A DNA stretch of 64,000 bases from Felis catus (lineage: Eukaryota). The stretch is taken from positions 28,770,001 through 28,834,000 of the forward strand of contig NC_058368.1 in assembly GCF_018350175.1 (NCBI RefSeq), in the 5' to 3' direction. Every line of letters begins with the position of its first letter. The first letter of the stretch is position 1. Made by a program: the position numbers and the translations under genes. Of the stretch, positions 1 to 13,857 are shown one piece after another. Below the pieces are notes generated by a model. That model had not been told where the DNA came from. It searched no databases and saw nothing but the letters and a program-made list of their open reading frames with translations.

Positions 1-2413
1 AGTATTGTTTATAAAATAGGGGTATTGAGCCCAGCAGAACTGAGAACCGGTGGGCTAGACCACAGCACAGTGTTTGGCATGAAGAAGATACTCAGTTAAA
101 TATGCACCATCTTTGAGGCTTGGGAAATCTAAAAATATTTTAAGTAGAATGACTTTTATTTTTATGCATGTCAGGGATAGGTGTGATTCTTCAGACATTG
201 TTCTCATTCTCATAAAAACATTTCAGAGCTTCTCTATTTATAGCATTCTGTAATATAGAAAAAGGGAGATTATTTAGATCGACTTCTGATTTCTGAGAAT
301 AAGTTCTTATAGGATAAAGCAGGAGACTCTATTCTGAGACAAACTCATTTTGGTTCTAGAGTTATAATTTTCTATGTATTTCCAATGTTTTTCCAAGATA
401 AAGTTTTGTGATAATTTAATAATCTCTTTTTGCAGCCTCTTTGAAGTGGTCAAAGTTATTTACCAAAAGTTAACTGACTAGTTACTCTAAAATATGCCAG
501 TGAAGTGGAATTTCCTGACTTTCAAAATTAAGGATGAGAAAGGTTAAGTGCCAGAGTTTATACCTCAAATTAGCCAAAGCTTGTACAATGGTTTCTAGCT
601 TATTAATTTTCAAGCCATTTTTTTTTTTGCCTGCTAGATTGTACATCTTTAAAAACAATAAGCAGCAGACAATGAGGCTCACTCTGAGATAACAGGGAAC
701 TGGGCTGAGGCCCTGCACGACCATCTGTTTTTATTTGGAATGCTTTCTTTCACACTAGCCTCATTTGCTTTAGCATGCTAGGATTCTTGTCACATCAGTT
801 TGGTTTTCAGTATTGGTCTGTTTTTCCACTTGCCAGCTTTTTAAAAACAACATAATGGAATGGAGGAATTTCAAAAAATTAATGGTTGTCTTCAACTGAT
901 AGAAGTCCATCTCAAGAGTGTGTTATTTTTATAACTGAAACCTTATAAAATGTACCTTAGGCTCTCATTTTGACGGAGACAGAGTCAAAAGTTGAGGGCA
1001 GTGACGCTTACAGTGTTTTACCTTAAGCTCGCAACTAGAACTACTTGGACTGTGTAGATGACAGGATGCAGCACAAAGTTAATGTGTTGAAAAGGCTGGA
1101 TATTTGCTGGTTTAACTCATAATCTTTTAAACTTGTATACTGCAAAAAGGCAAAGTGTGCCTTAATGTTTAACTGGGCAATTATAATGGTTCATCTTGAA
1201 GAACTGCTTTTGTTACACACATTTTCCATTTAAAAGACAATAGATTTTATATTTGTTTTTTTTTTTTAAGTATCCAAATTTGATATTCAGATCTTTTATA
1301 ATTTTTTAAAACTCTTCACTGGGCTCCTTTTTTTAATTGAAACCATGTACTTCTTAAATAATGGACAAAATCTTTTGTGTTATCTTAACAAATTTAGTTA
1401 TCATGAGGTATTTATTAGATTTCTAAAAACGCACTAAGGAGGCCTTTGGGCATGTGCATAAAAATAAACATTACAATAAAACCAAATCCATTAGCCCAAG
1501 GAAGAAAACAAGTGACCAAGGAATCCTACCAAATAAGGAACTTTAGTCTGAAAGGTATTTCATTTACCATCATTGGTGATCCAAAAACATGAGATCCGTA
1601 AACTTGAAGAGGGAAGGAATCTCAAATTTGGGGATTCTCTGTGGAATGGCTCCAAATTTAAGGACACTGTGTAATAAAATCCAGTACTATTGGTAAGAAC
1701 ACATTGTTATACTTGACCCTCTGTGTTAGCTAGTACTTTGGTTTTAAATGTACTTTACAGTAATTTTGACTAGGGTCTTGAGGTAATCTTTTTTTTTTCC
1801 TTTTTTTTTTATTTGAGTATAATTGACACACAATGTTATATTAGTTTCAGGTGTACAACATAGTAACTCAACTTCTCTATGTGTTATGTGGTGTTCAACA
1901 CAACGTGTAGCAACCTCTATCACCATACAACTCTAGTACAATATCATTGGCTATATTCCCTGTGCTATGCCTTTTATTCTTGTCACTTATACTTTCCATA
2001 ACTGGAAGCCTGTATTTCCTACTCTCATATATGCATTTTGCCTATCCCCCCTACCCGCCTGACAAGTATCAGTTTGTTCTCTGTATACATAGGTCTAATT
2101 CTGCATTTTGTGGGTTTGTTTTGTTTGACATATGAATGAGATTATAAGGTATTTATCTTTATCAGTCTGACTTATTTCACTTAGCATAATACCATCTAGG
2201 TCCATTCATGTAATAGCAGGTGGCAAAAATCTCATCCTTCTTTATGGCTGTGTAATAGTCTATTGTGAGCGTGTATGTGTGTGTGCATGCACACCACGTC
2301 TTTATCCATACATCTCTTTACCGATGGATACAGTTTGCTTCGATTTCTTGGCAACTGTAAATTATTGGCAATTGTAAATACCACAGTAAACGTAGGGGTG
2401 CATAGATCTTTTT

Positions 2414-2605
2414 AAAATAAGGTTATTTAGAGAGAGAGAGTGCAAGCAGGGGAGGGGCAGAGAGAGAGGGAGAGAGAGGATCTCAAGAGGCTCCGTGCTG
2501 CCAGCACAGAGCCCAACACAGGACTCAAACTCACAAGCATGAGATCATGCCCTGAGTCAAAACCAAGAGTTGGATGCTCAATCGACTGAGCCACTCAGGT
2601 GCCCC
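2414..2605 (-). mobile_element. CanSINE nested in L1
   Basis: Reverse SINE ending ..ctcaggtgcccc; TSD cata(g/t)atcttttt. Confidence 0.9.
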
Positions 2606-3130
2606 ACATATATCTTTTTGAATTGGTGTTTTCATTTTCTGTGGGTAAATACCCAGTAGTGGAATTATTGAATTGTATGGTATTTCTATTTTTTAATTTT
2701 TTGAGGCACCTCTCTACTGTTTCCTACAGTGGCAGTACCAATTTCCCACATTTCTGCCAATAGTGCATGAGGGTTTCTTATTCTCCATATCCTCACCAAT
2801 GCTTGTTATTTCTTGTCTTTTTTATTTTAGCCCTTCTGACAGTTATAAGGTGATATCTCCTTGTGGTTTTGATTTACATTTCCCTGATGAGTGATGTTGA
2901 GTATCTTTTCATGTGTCTGCCATCTGTATGTCTTCTTGAAAAAATATCTGTTTGGGTCCTCTGCCCATTTTTTACTCAGATTATTTGAGGGTTTTTTGGT
3001 GTGGAATTATATCAGTTCTTTATGTGTTTTGGTTATTAACCCTTTATCAGATATATCATTTGCAAATATCTTTAACCATTCGTTGCATTTTTTTGATTGT
3101 CCCCTTTGCTATGCAAAAGCTTTTTATCTT

Positions 3131-3370
3131 GGGGTGTCTGGGTGGCTCAGTCTGTTAAGCGTTGGACTGTGGCTCAGGTCATGATCTCACGGTTCATGGG
3201 TTCAGACTTCGTGTCAGGCTCTGTGCTGACAGCTCAGAGCCTGGAGCCTGCTTCAGATTATGGGTCTCCCTCCCTCTCTGCCCCTTCCCCATTCACTCTC
3301 TGTTTCTCTCTGTCTCTCTCTTTCTCTCTCTCTCTCTCAAAAATAAACATTAAAAGACTTAATTTAAAAA
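3131..3370 (+). mobile_element. CanSINE (felid type) nested in L1
   Basis: ggggtgtctgggtggctcag head, CT tract and A tail; TSD aaaagctttttat(c/t)tt. Confidence 0.95.
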
Positions 3371-3840
3371 AAAAGCTTTTTATTTTGATCTAATCCCAAT
3401 ATTTTATTTTTGCTTTTGTTTTTCTTGCCTTAGGAGACATATCTAGGAAAAATGTTGCTAGGGCCGGTGTTAGAGAAATTATTGCTTGTTTCTCTTCTAG
3501 AATTTTAATGATTTCAGGTCTCACATTTAGGTCTTTAATCCATTTTGAGTTTATTTTTGTGTACAGTATAAGAAAATGGTCCATTTTCATTCTTTGCATG
3601 TAATTGTCCACATTTATTGAAGAGACTTTTCCCTACTGTGTATTCTTGCCTCCTTTGTCATAGATTAATTGAACTTATAGATGTGGTTTATTTCTGAGCT
3701 CTTATTCTGTTACACTGATCTGTGTGCTGTTTTTGTGCCAGTACCACACGGTTTTGATTACTACAGCTTTGTAGTATGTCCTAAAACCTGGAATTGTGAT
3801 ATTTCCAGCTTTTCTCTTCTTTCTTAAAATAGCTTTTGCT

Positions 3841-4394
3841 GACCTACCCTATGACCCAGCAATAGCACTGCTAGGAATTTACCCAAGGGATACAGGAGTA
3901 CTGATGCATAGGGGCACTTGTACCCCAATGTTTATAGCAGCACTCTCAACAATAGCCAAAGTATGGAAAGAGCCTAAATGTCCATCAACTGATGAATGGA
4001 TAAAGAAATTGTGGTTTATATACACAATGGAGTACTACGTGGCAATGAGAAAGAATGAAATATGGCCCTTTGTAGCAACATGGATGGAACTGGAGAGTGT
4101 AATGCTAAGTGAAATAAGCTATACAGAGAAAGATACCATATGGTTTCACTCTTATGTGGATCCTGAGAAACTTAACAGAAACCCATGGGGGAGGGGAAGG
4201 AAAAAAAAAAAGAGGTTAGAGTGGAAGAGAGCCAAAGCATGAGAGACTCTTAAAAACTGAGAACAAACTGAGGGTTGATGGGGGGTGGGAGGGAGGGGAG
4301 GGTGGGTGATGGGTATTGAGGAGGGCACCTGTTGGGATGAGCACTGGGTGTTGTATGGAAACCAATTTGACAATAAACTTCATATATTGAAAAA
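3841..4394 (+). mobile_element. Young 5'-truncated felid L1 (L1_Fc-like; ORF2 C-terminus plus 3' UTR) inserted in the opposite orientation into the older L1
   Basis: [39 protein letters not shown]; aataaa and A tail; perfect 15-bp TSD aaaatagcttttgct at 3826-3840 and 4395-4409. Confidence 0.97.
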
Positions 4395-6846
4395 AAAATA
4401 GCTTTTGCTATTTGGAGTCTTTTGTGGTTCCAAAATACAACTTTTAGTATTATTTGTTCTAGTTCTGTGAAAAATGCTGTTGGTATTTTGGTAGGGTTTG
4501 CATTAAACCTGTAGATTGCTGTGGGTAGCATGGACATTTTAGCAATATTAATTCTTTCAATCCGTGAACAGCATGGAATGTCTTTTTCCATTTGTGTTAT
4601 CTGCAATTTCTTTCACCAGTTTTCAGGGAACAGGTCTTTCACTTCCTGGTTAGGTTTATTCCTAGGTATTTTATTCTTTTTGGTGCAATTGTAAATAGGT
4701 TTTTTTCCCTTAATTTCTCTTTCTGCTAAATTGTTATTAGTGTATAGAAACACTACCAATTTCTGGGTATTAGTTTTGTATCCTACAACTTTACTGAATT
4801 CACTGATCACTTCTAATAGTCTTTCGGTGGAGTCCTTAGGATTTTCTATGTATAGTATCATTTCATCTGCAAATAGTGACAGTTTAATTTCTTCTTTACT
4901 AATATGGATGCCTCTTATTTATTTTACTTGTCTGAGTATGATGGCTTCAACTTCCAGAACTATGTTAAATAAAAGTAACAAGAGTGGACTTCCTTATCTT
5001 GTTCCGGATGTCAGAGGAAAAGTTCTCAGTTTTTCACCATTGAGTATGTTAGCTGTGGGTTTTTCATATATGGTCTTTATTATGTTGAGGTATGTTCCCT
5101 CTAAACCTACTTTTTTAAGAGTCTATCATGAATGGATGTTGTACTTTGTCAAATGCTTTTTCTGCATCTAATGAGATGGTCATTATTTTTATCCTTTATT
5201 TTGTTGATATGTATCATGTGAATTGATTTGCAAATATTAAACCATTCTTACATCCCTGGGATAAATTCTACTTGATCATGGTGAGTGATCCATTTAATGT
5301 TTTGTTGGATATTGGCCTGTAGTTTTCTTTTTTGTGGTATCTTTGTCTGGTTTTGGTATCAGGGTAATTTGATGTCATAGAATGTATTTAGAAACTTTCC
5401 TACCTCTTCCTTTTTTTTTTTTTTTTGAATAGTTTGAGAAGAATGGAAGAATGGGTACTAACTCTTCTTTAAATGTTTGGTAGAATTCACTTCTGTCAAT
5501 CCTTATGGTCCTGGCTTTTATTTTTTGGTAGTTCTTTGATTACCAATTCTATTTTGTTACTAGTAATTGGTCTGTTCAGATTTTCTGTTTCTTCCTCATT
5601 CATTTTGGAAGATTATATGTCTCTAGGAATTAATCCATTTCTTCCATGTTGTCCAATTTGTTGGCATATAATTTTTCATAGTATTTTCCTATAAACTTTT
5701 GTATTTCTGTTGTGTCAGTTGTTATATATCCTCTTTGGTTTCTGATTTTATTTATTTGGGTCCTTTCTCTTTTTCTGAATGAGTCTGGCTGAGGGTTTAT
5801 CAGTTTTATCTTTTCAAAGAACCATCTCTTGGTTTCATTGATTTGATTTTTTTTTTCAATTTTTATTTAATTATTTTTGGTCCCTATGCCATTTATTTCT
5901 GCTCTGATTATTTCTTTCCTTCCACTCACTATAGGTTTATTTGTTCTTCTGTTTCTAGTTCATTTAGGTGTAAAATTAGATTGAGTTTTTTCTTGTTTCT
6001 TGAGGTAAGTCTGTATTGCTGTATATTTTTTAGAACTGTTTTGGCAGTATCCCAACAATTTTGGACCATTATGTTTTCCAATCTTTATTTGTCTCCATGT
6101 ATTTTTTTAAATTTCTTCATTGGCCTATTTGTTGTTTTAGTATCATTTATCCTCCATGTGTTTGTGTTTTTTCCAGTTTTTTTCTCGTGATTGATTTCTG
6201 GTTTTATATCACTGTGGTCAGAAGAGATTTCAGTCTTCTTACATTTATTAAGACTTGTTTTGTGGCCTGACATGTGATCTGTTCTGGAAAATGTCAACAT
6301 GTGTTGAAAAGAATATGTCATCTGTTGTTTTTGGATGGAATGTTCTGTTGTCTCTGTTAAATTCATTTGGTCTAATGTGTCATTCAAACATAGTTTCCTC
6401 ACTGATTTTCTGCCTGGATGATCCATCTATTGATGTAAGCGGGGTGTTAAGAGTCCCCTACTATTATAGTATTACCATTAATTTCTTCCTTTGTATTCAG
6501 TAATATTTGCTTGATGTGTTTAGGTGCTTCAGTGTTGGGTGCACAGGTATTTACAATTGTTATATCCTCTTGTTGGAGTGATCCCTATATCATTTTGTAA
6601 TACCCTTTTTTTATCTCTTGTTACAGTCTGTTTTAAAAACTATTTTGTCTGGGATACCTGATACTATACTATACCTATTGCTACCCTGGCCTTTTTTTTT
6701 TTTCATGTCCATTTGCATGTTAAAGGTTTTTCCATCCCTTAGCTTTCATTTTGTATGTATCTTCAGGTCTGAGATGAGTCTCCTGTAGGCAGTATATAGA
6801 TGGGTCTTTTTTTTTATTAGAGCATTTCGGCCATTTATGTTAAAAA

Positions 6847-6871
6847 TTTTTTTTTAATGTTAATCTTTGGA

Positions 6872-6904
<33 letters not shown>

Positions 6905-7067
6905 CGCGAGTGGGAGAGAGGCAGAGAGGGAGACACAGAATTAGAAGCAGGCTCTAGGCTTTGAGTTGTCAGCACAGAGTCCGACGCTGGGCTCGAACTC
7001 ACGAACCGTGAGATCATGACCTGAGCCAAAGTCAGACGCTTAACCTACTGAGCCACCCAGACACCCC
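6847..7067 (-). mobile_element. CanSINE with an internal (CA)n microsatellite (~6873-6903)
   Basis: Reverse SINE body; TSD tcggccatttat. Confidence 0.95.
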
Positions 7068-8761
7068 TCGGCCATTTATATTTAAAGTAATTATTGATAG
7101 GTATGTAGTTATTGCCACTGTGTTCATTGTTTTCTGGTCATTTTTGTAGTTCTTCTCTGTTCCTTTCTCCTCTTGCACTCTTTGTGATCAATGAGTTTCT
7201 GTAGTGTGGTATTTGGCTTTCTTTTTCTTCATTTTTTGTGTATCTATGATAAGTTTTGGGTTTGTGGTGTCCATGCAAGTTAACTTATAACACTCTATAG
7301 CAGTCTATGTTAAGTTGATGGTCATTTAAGTTCAAACACATTCTAAAAGAAAAAACAAAAACTTTTTTATTCCCTCCTCCATGTCTCATGTATATGCTGT
7401 TATTTTTTATATATTTTTGTTCCTAATTTTCTTATATCTAATCATGGCCATTTATTTTCCACTTAAAGAAGTTAGGGCAATCCTTAGGGCAATCTTTTAA
7501 GGGTCCTGAGGCATTTATAGTCATCAAAGATTACGGTAAGAATGAGGAGTTTGCTAGAAGTTAGTGAATTTAATGATGATGTTATATATCTATATTCTTT
7601 TTATGAGGAATATGTCAAAAAAAGAAAAGAAGGATATAACTTTGATTTGGTTTTGAAATTCACAATTTTTGTATGTGCCAGTATATTTTGTAAACATTTT
7701 ATACCTGGAAATAAAAAGGAAATATATCCTTCTAATCTTTTTTGTCTAGTTGCCTTTTTTGATTCCTAAATGCTTTGTTTTTCTGTTTTTCCTCTGTTCA
7801 AAAAATACATGTACTTAGGATCCAAACCACTTTCTGAATATGTAGAACTTTATTGCTGATTTACAAGCCAGTCTCATCGTAGAAACAGGGCTTTCTGAGG
7901 TATTTGAAATAAAAGCCACTGACAAAACTAGAGAGATAGTGAAAACGGACAGCAAAGGGAAAGGTATTCTTTACCAGAGCTCATTTAGTGCCATTGGGGC
8001 CTTAGAATTGAAGTAGCCGGGGATTTAAGATGGTAAAAGTTGCCACATTCCTGATTTTATGTTCTGTGGACTCCTGTTAAGAGATTAACAATCTGAAGGG
8101 GGCCTTTGGTAGTTCCCAGATCCTGTGATGCTTCCTGTGGTTCCCTTAAACTCTTTCAGAATTAGGTCGCTGCAGGCAGACACGCTCTACACAGGAGAGG
8201 AGTGATGTCCATTAACGCCCTCAGCCAGGTGAGAAGGTGAGCCAAGTGATGTTGACCGCTATTTCCATCAGTCTGTCTCTTTCCTCTTGGCAAGCCTCCT
8301 TCTGTGCTGCTTCGGGCAGGAGACTCCACATTTATCCCTAATGACCCTCCCTGAATCCATCAACTCTTCCCTGTCTCCCACCTCGTGAAGAAGTGCTTGT
8401 TTCTCTGCTGCACAGTGTCTCTCCCATGGGGATCAGTTTAGAGAGAGCAGCTCTGGTTTTGCGGGGAAAGTGCCACAGGGTACACATTAAGCTGATCAAA
8501 AGAGTTGTCAAGTAATGCAGCCATGGCCCACTTCTTAGCCTGCTCCTCATCCACCCTAACCCCCACAGCCAGGTAGCAGTCTAGCATCATTTGCTTTTGC
8601 CAGGATCTACTATAGTGATGAACATCTCCAGTAGCTCCAGCCCACTATCTGTAGACCCATTGTTGAGAATTTGGCGGAAAGCGTATTTGGCATATGGAAT
8701 TTTACTTCATTGGATTTTTAAGAACACATCAGTTATGTTGGTTGAATATTTGTAGGTATTT

Positions 8762-10712
8762 CTTTCTCTCTCTGTCTCTGTCTCTCTCTTTTGGTAAAAA
8801 CATTGAAGGTCTACTCTTTTCACAAGTATCAATTATATAATGCTATAGTCATCTCATTTTACATTGTATCCTCAGATCGTATTTATTTTATACCTGAAAG
8901 TTTGTACCCTTTTACCAGCCTCTCCATATTTCCTCTCAGCCCCTGACAACCAAACTACTTTTCTACCCTCTTTTTCTAAGAGTTTGACTCTTTTTAAAAG
9001 ATTCTACATGTAAGTGATACCATAGAGTATGTATTTGTCTATGTCTGATTTATTTTACTTAACATAATGCCCTTGGGGTCCGTCCATGTTGTCACAAATG
9101 GCAGGACTTCCTGCTTTCTCGTGGCTGAATAATAGTCCATTATATGTGTAAAAACATATTTTCTTTACCCATTCATCTGAGGATGGACACTTAAGTTGTT
9201 TATCTTGGCTCTCGTGAATAATGTCACAGTGAACACAGGAGTGCAGGTATCTCCTGCACTAGGAGTGGGATTGCTGGATCACATGGTAGTTATATTTTGA
9301 ATGTTTTGAGGAACCTCCATACTCTTTCCATAGTGGTTGTACATTCAATTTACATTCCCGCCAACAGTGCACAAGTGTTGCCTTTTCTCCACATCTTTAC
9401 CAGCATTTGTTATCTCTTGTCTTTTTGATAATAGCAGGTATGAGGTGATCTCATTGTGGTTTTATTTGCATTTCCAGATGATTAGTGATGCTGAGCACCT
9501 TTTCTTGTACCTGTTGGCCATTTAGAAAAATGTCTGTTCAGGTCCTCTCCCCATTTTAAAATCAAATTGTGTTTTTTTCCCCATTGAGTTGTATGAGTTG
9601 TTCATATATTTTGGATATTAACCTCTTATCAGATATATGACTTACAAATATTTTCTTAATTCAGTAACTTGCATTTTCATTTTCTTGGTTTTCTTTGATG
9701 TGCAGAAGCTTTTTCTTCTTAGTTTGATGCAGTCCCACTTGTTTATTTGGGGGTTTGTTGCCTTTGCTTTTGAAGTCACATTCAAAAAATCCAATACTGG
9801 GGCATCTGGGTGGTTCATTCAGTTAAGTGTCTGAGTCTTGGTTTCAGCTCAGGTCATGCTCTCGCAGTTCGTAGGATCGAGCCTCATGTTGGCTGTCGGC
9901 ACAGAGCCTGCTTGGGATTCTCTCTCTCCTTCTCACTCTCTGCCCATCCCCGCTCATGCTTACTCATACTCTTTCAAAATAAATAAATAAACATTAAAAA
10001 AAAATCCAAGACTGATGTCAAGGAGCTTACTATCTATATTTTCTTCTAGGAATTTTGTGGTTTCAGGTCTTAACATTCAAGTCTTCAGGCCATTTTGAGT
10101 TGATTTTTTATGTATAGTCTAAGATAGAGGTCCAGTTTCATTTTGCCTATGGCTCTACAGTTTCCCTCATACCATTTATTGAAGAGAATATCCTTTCCCG
10201 AATGTATGTTCTTGACTCCTTTGGGTTTTTTTTGTTTTTTACCCCTTTGTTATAAATTTGTTTACCATGTATGTGTGGGTTTATTTCTGAGCTCCCTATT
10301 CTGTTCCATTGATCTATGTGTCTTTTTATGCCAGTATCATATAGTTTTTATTACTTTAGCTTGAAATGAGTAAGTGTGATGTCTCCAACTTTGTTCTTTC
10401 TCAAGACTTTTTGGCTAATCAGTGCCTTTTGTGTTGGTTCCATACACATTTTAGGATTGTTTGTTTTATTTCTGTGAAAAATGCCATTGGAATTTTGGTA
10501 GGGATTACATTGAACCTTTAGATTGCTTTAGGCTTTGGAACATTTTAACAATACTAATTCTTTCAATCCATGAGCACAGAAGATCTTTCCATTTATTTGC
10601 CTTCTTCACTTTCTTTCATTAATATTTTACAGCTTTCAATTTATTTATCTTAAAATTTATCTCTTTTGGTGAAAACATTTACATTATACTCTTTTTGTAG
10701 ATATTAAACATG
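8762..10712 (-). mobile_element. L1 (L1MA9/L1_Carn-like) 3' fragment
   Basis: L1 3' UTR and ORF2-end sequence in reverse; candidate TSD tgtaggtattt at 8751-8761 and 10713-10723. Confidence 0.85.
9799..10004 (+). mobile_element. CanSINE nested in L1
   Basis: SINE head, CT tract and tail; TSD aaaaaatccaa(t/g)act. Confidence 0.93.
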
Positions 10713-10769
10713 TGTAGGTATTTAATTAGAATATATTGCATCCCATAATCTATTCTGTAAGGAATAGGA

Positions 10770-11785
10770 GAAGTAAATCAGATCATGTCATTTCCCTGCT
10801 TAGAATCTGTCAATAGCTTCCTGTCATACTTAGAATAAAACAAGAATGCCTTACCCTCACTTATGAGCCCTCCATCACTGCTTTTCAGCTTTGGCTGCCT
10901 ACTAGAATCACCCAAGGAACTTTGAAATCCTTCCAGGGGCGCCTGGGTGGCTCAGTCAGTAAAGTATCCAACTTCGGCTTAGGTCATGATCTCACAGTTC
11001 GTGGGTTCGAGCCCCACGTCAGGCTCTGTGCTGACAGCTCAGAGCCTGGAGCCTGCTTCAGATTCTATGTTTCCCTCTCTCTCTGCCCCTCCCCTGCTCG
11101 CACTCTGTCTCTCATTCTTTCTCTCTCTGTCTCTCAAAAGTAAACATTAAAAACAATTAAAAAAAAAAAAGAGAGAGAGAGAGAGAAAGTCTTCCAGTGT
11201 CCAGGCCCTATCATCAGACAGTCTGATGTATTTGGTCTGAATGGAACCCAGACTTCAGTATTTTTACAGAAGCTAGCTGGTAATTCTAACAGACAGTCAA
11301 GGTTGAGAACCACCGCCCATGTCTGCCTCTCCAGCCTCCTGGCTCCCTGCTGGACCCCCTGCTGATTATGTTTCACCTTCTTGCTACTTTCAGTCCCTTA
11401 TATCTGTCTAGCTTCTGCTTTAGGGCCTTTGCACAGGTTGTTGCCCAGGCCTCTAATCCCTGATTTCACAGGGACTCTTGTCATTCAAACTGGCAACTTA
11501 AATATGCTTTGAGAAAGCATCCTTGACCCAACAAGTCATTTGCTATCACATTACATGATATTTTCTGTATAGCCCTGACCCACTATGTGATCTTTTTTTT
11601 TAGTTGTGTCTCCTCCCTCCCTTCCTTCCTTCTCGTCCTCTGTCCCTTTTCCTTTGTCTATTTTTGTTCTCTTCCCCCTGGAATGTAAGGACTGTTTATT
11701 GTTCCACTGTTGTATCCTCAGCACCTGGAACTGTGCCTTGCATGTAGTCAGCAGTCAATATATGACGGAAAAGATAAATAAATTT
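10770..11785 (+). mobile_element. L2 3' fragment interrupted by a MER5-like hAT element (~10875-11315)
   Basis: L2-like motifs (aaatcagatcatgtca.., gggcctttgcac.., gtatcctcagcacctggaactgtgcc..). MER5-like motifs tagaatcacc and aggttgagaaccac. Confidence 0.65.
10936..11170 (+). mobile_element. CanSINE (felid type) nested in the MER5-like element
   Basis: ggggcgcctgggtggctcag head; TSD gaaa(tc/gt)cttcca. Confidence 0.95.
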
Positions 11786-12584
11786 GGGGTAATTCACATC
11801 ACTTTTAAGAGACCAGCTCAAATTTGACCTCTGTCAACTTTTCTTTACTAATTCCAACTCGTTTTCCTGTTCCGTTTTCTTTAAATCCTAAAATAAGAAT
11901 ATCTTCTGTCATATAGCATTGTTTTATGACTCCTATTAGTATCCTGAACTGTTAACTTAGATTAAATTTCAATGTATTTGTATTGTTTTTTCTCCACTTG
12001 GTTCTAATTCAGCTGTTATGTATTAAATACCCACCAAATGCCAGACATCTCATTTAAGTCCAAAGCTATTTTACTCACGTCATCCATTTATCGCAAGGAA
12101 GTGGCAAATTTGGAATTGAAACCCAGCCTTCCTCATTCTATACCTGCTGTTTCCATGTTGGCTGATCGGAAGGGATTTGAGTGTTGAATGAGGCCAAACC
12201 TGTTCCAGGTGTCTTTATTGAATACTGAACTGCTTGTTAGTACTTAAAACAACAAGATTTTATGATCTTGTGACTTGCTTTTAAAAACTAATTTAGTAAA
12301 AGGCAAATATTATTGCAAATATTTAAGCTAGAATTGATTGCACCTTTCTCACCTGTTCTTCTAACGGAGTCATACCCCTGTGATAAAATGCAGGAAAGTT
12401 TGCCCTACCATTTGGATAAAATGTGGTTCTCCAGTTTGTGTGTGTCGGGGTTCTACTTGGGAACATCTCTGCTTTTTACCTTTCTTTTTTGAAAGTCTTC
12501 TCATTCTCTTTCATATACTTAGTTGTCCATGAGCATTTCTGCATGAGCTTTAATAAGTTGCTCGTTCTTAAAATATTGTTATCT

Positions 12585-12950
12585 TTAGGTTGTGGTTTTT
12601 GCTGCGGACCATGGCATCCATTCTAGCTGTCTAAAATGGAGAGGGATTTCTCACTGGGTATCAGGTAGAGCACAAAATTTCTGGGAGAGACAGGAAGCAG
12701 TGTTTAGATTTTACCCAGATGGAGTTGACGGAGCCAGGAGAACTGCAGCCGTAGCTACCCTAGTCCCCTCTAGCTGGCTGTCACCTAATCTCATTGTTCA
12801 CTGCAGTTCCTAGTTGTACCTGTGCGAGAATGCTTTAGTTGCATAGTTAGAACTTTAGTTGCAAAGCATCTAAGAAGTAATGTTTCCAGTTTTCTAGCCT
12901 CTGTAGTACAAGAAGGATAGAAGGGTATTTGATTGGGTATCTTGACTGAA
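12585..12950. mobile_element. Possible old MaLR (MLT1-like) LTR relic
   Basis: Resemblance only (tccattctagctg.., ttttctagcctctgtagt..). Confidence 0.35.
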
Positions 12951-13857
12951 TACATATGATATCTTTTATACCTACAGTGACCTTGACTTATGTTTTATTT
13001 TGCAACTTTATTAAGATGTTTTTTTGTTGGGTCAGTTGTTAGTGAGACAGTGGGTTTGACCTCTGGTTAGCTTTAGTGAGAAGAATTTTGTTCTGTGTTC
13101 ATAGAATAAGTCTTTGACCAGAAGAGATCATCTTGCATAGATCCCACTGGTTACAATGAAGAGAGCTATAAATTATTCAAATCAACTTTTTCCCAATGCT
13201 AGCAGAGTAACTTAAAACAATCATGGTAGGCTTGTAAGGCCATCATTGTGTACATAAAGGAGGTATTTATTATACGTGTGATGGGTTAAAAATAGCTCTT
13301 TAAGAGAAGAACTTGGGGGAGAAGCATGAAAGGGTTTATAAATAATTTTACAATATGTAAAACGAGAGGCTTCTTTGAGATCAAACATAAATGACACTAA
13401 AGAATGTTGGCAACATGCCTTGCATTCTGTTCAGTGAGCATGCTTAGACTGTAAATAATGGCTTCATTTCTATTCTAGGACCTAAAAATTATTAACATTC
13501 TGTGTTTATACAGTATTTATGCACTATGCTGCCACGAATAGGTATGGACATAATTAATCCCTTATTGCAAAATTGATGGCTTACATCAGCTAGTCTTGGT
13601 GTATTCTTTTATGCAGTTAAATCCCAGATTTTCTTGGTATTTATACTCTACTGACAGGTATTTTTTGGCAGGGTATTTTTACTTACTTGAGCAAAACTTA
13701 TTTGAGATAGAGCTGGAAAGCCCACAGAATTTCAGCTAGTTTCTTTTGGGGAGAAAAATCATTAATACTACTTACCCCAATCAAAAAAAATTAAATGCCC
13801 ATAGTTTATAAATATATATGAATATATAAATATATATAAATAAATATATATATATCT

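Larger units (their letters stand above)
1793..7472 (-). mobile_element. Old carnivore L1 (3' UTR, decayed ORF2, inter-ORF region), 5'-truncated, carrying four nested insertions
   Basis: T-tail at ~1790 and L1 3' end. Minus-strand ORF2 fragments (MILYIENPKDS.., [44 protein letters not shown]). Degenerate TSD cttgaggtaatctttt / cttagggcaatctttt. Confidence 0.9.

Noticed and set aside
3796..4242. 148-aa ORF with a strong protein-like core
   Set aside because: It is a chimera of antisense old-L1 sequence, the young L1 ORF2 C-terminus and frameshifted 3' UTR; not a gene.
10936..11015. tRNA-like A/B box sequence
   Set aside because: It is the tRNA-derived head of a CanSINE followed by a CT tract and A tail, not a tRNA gene.
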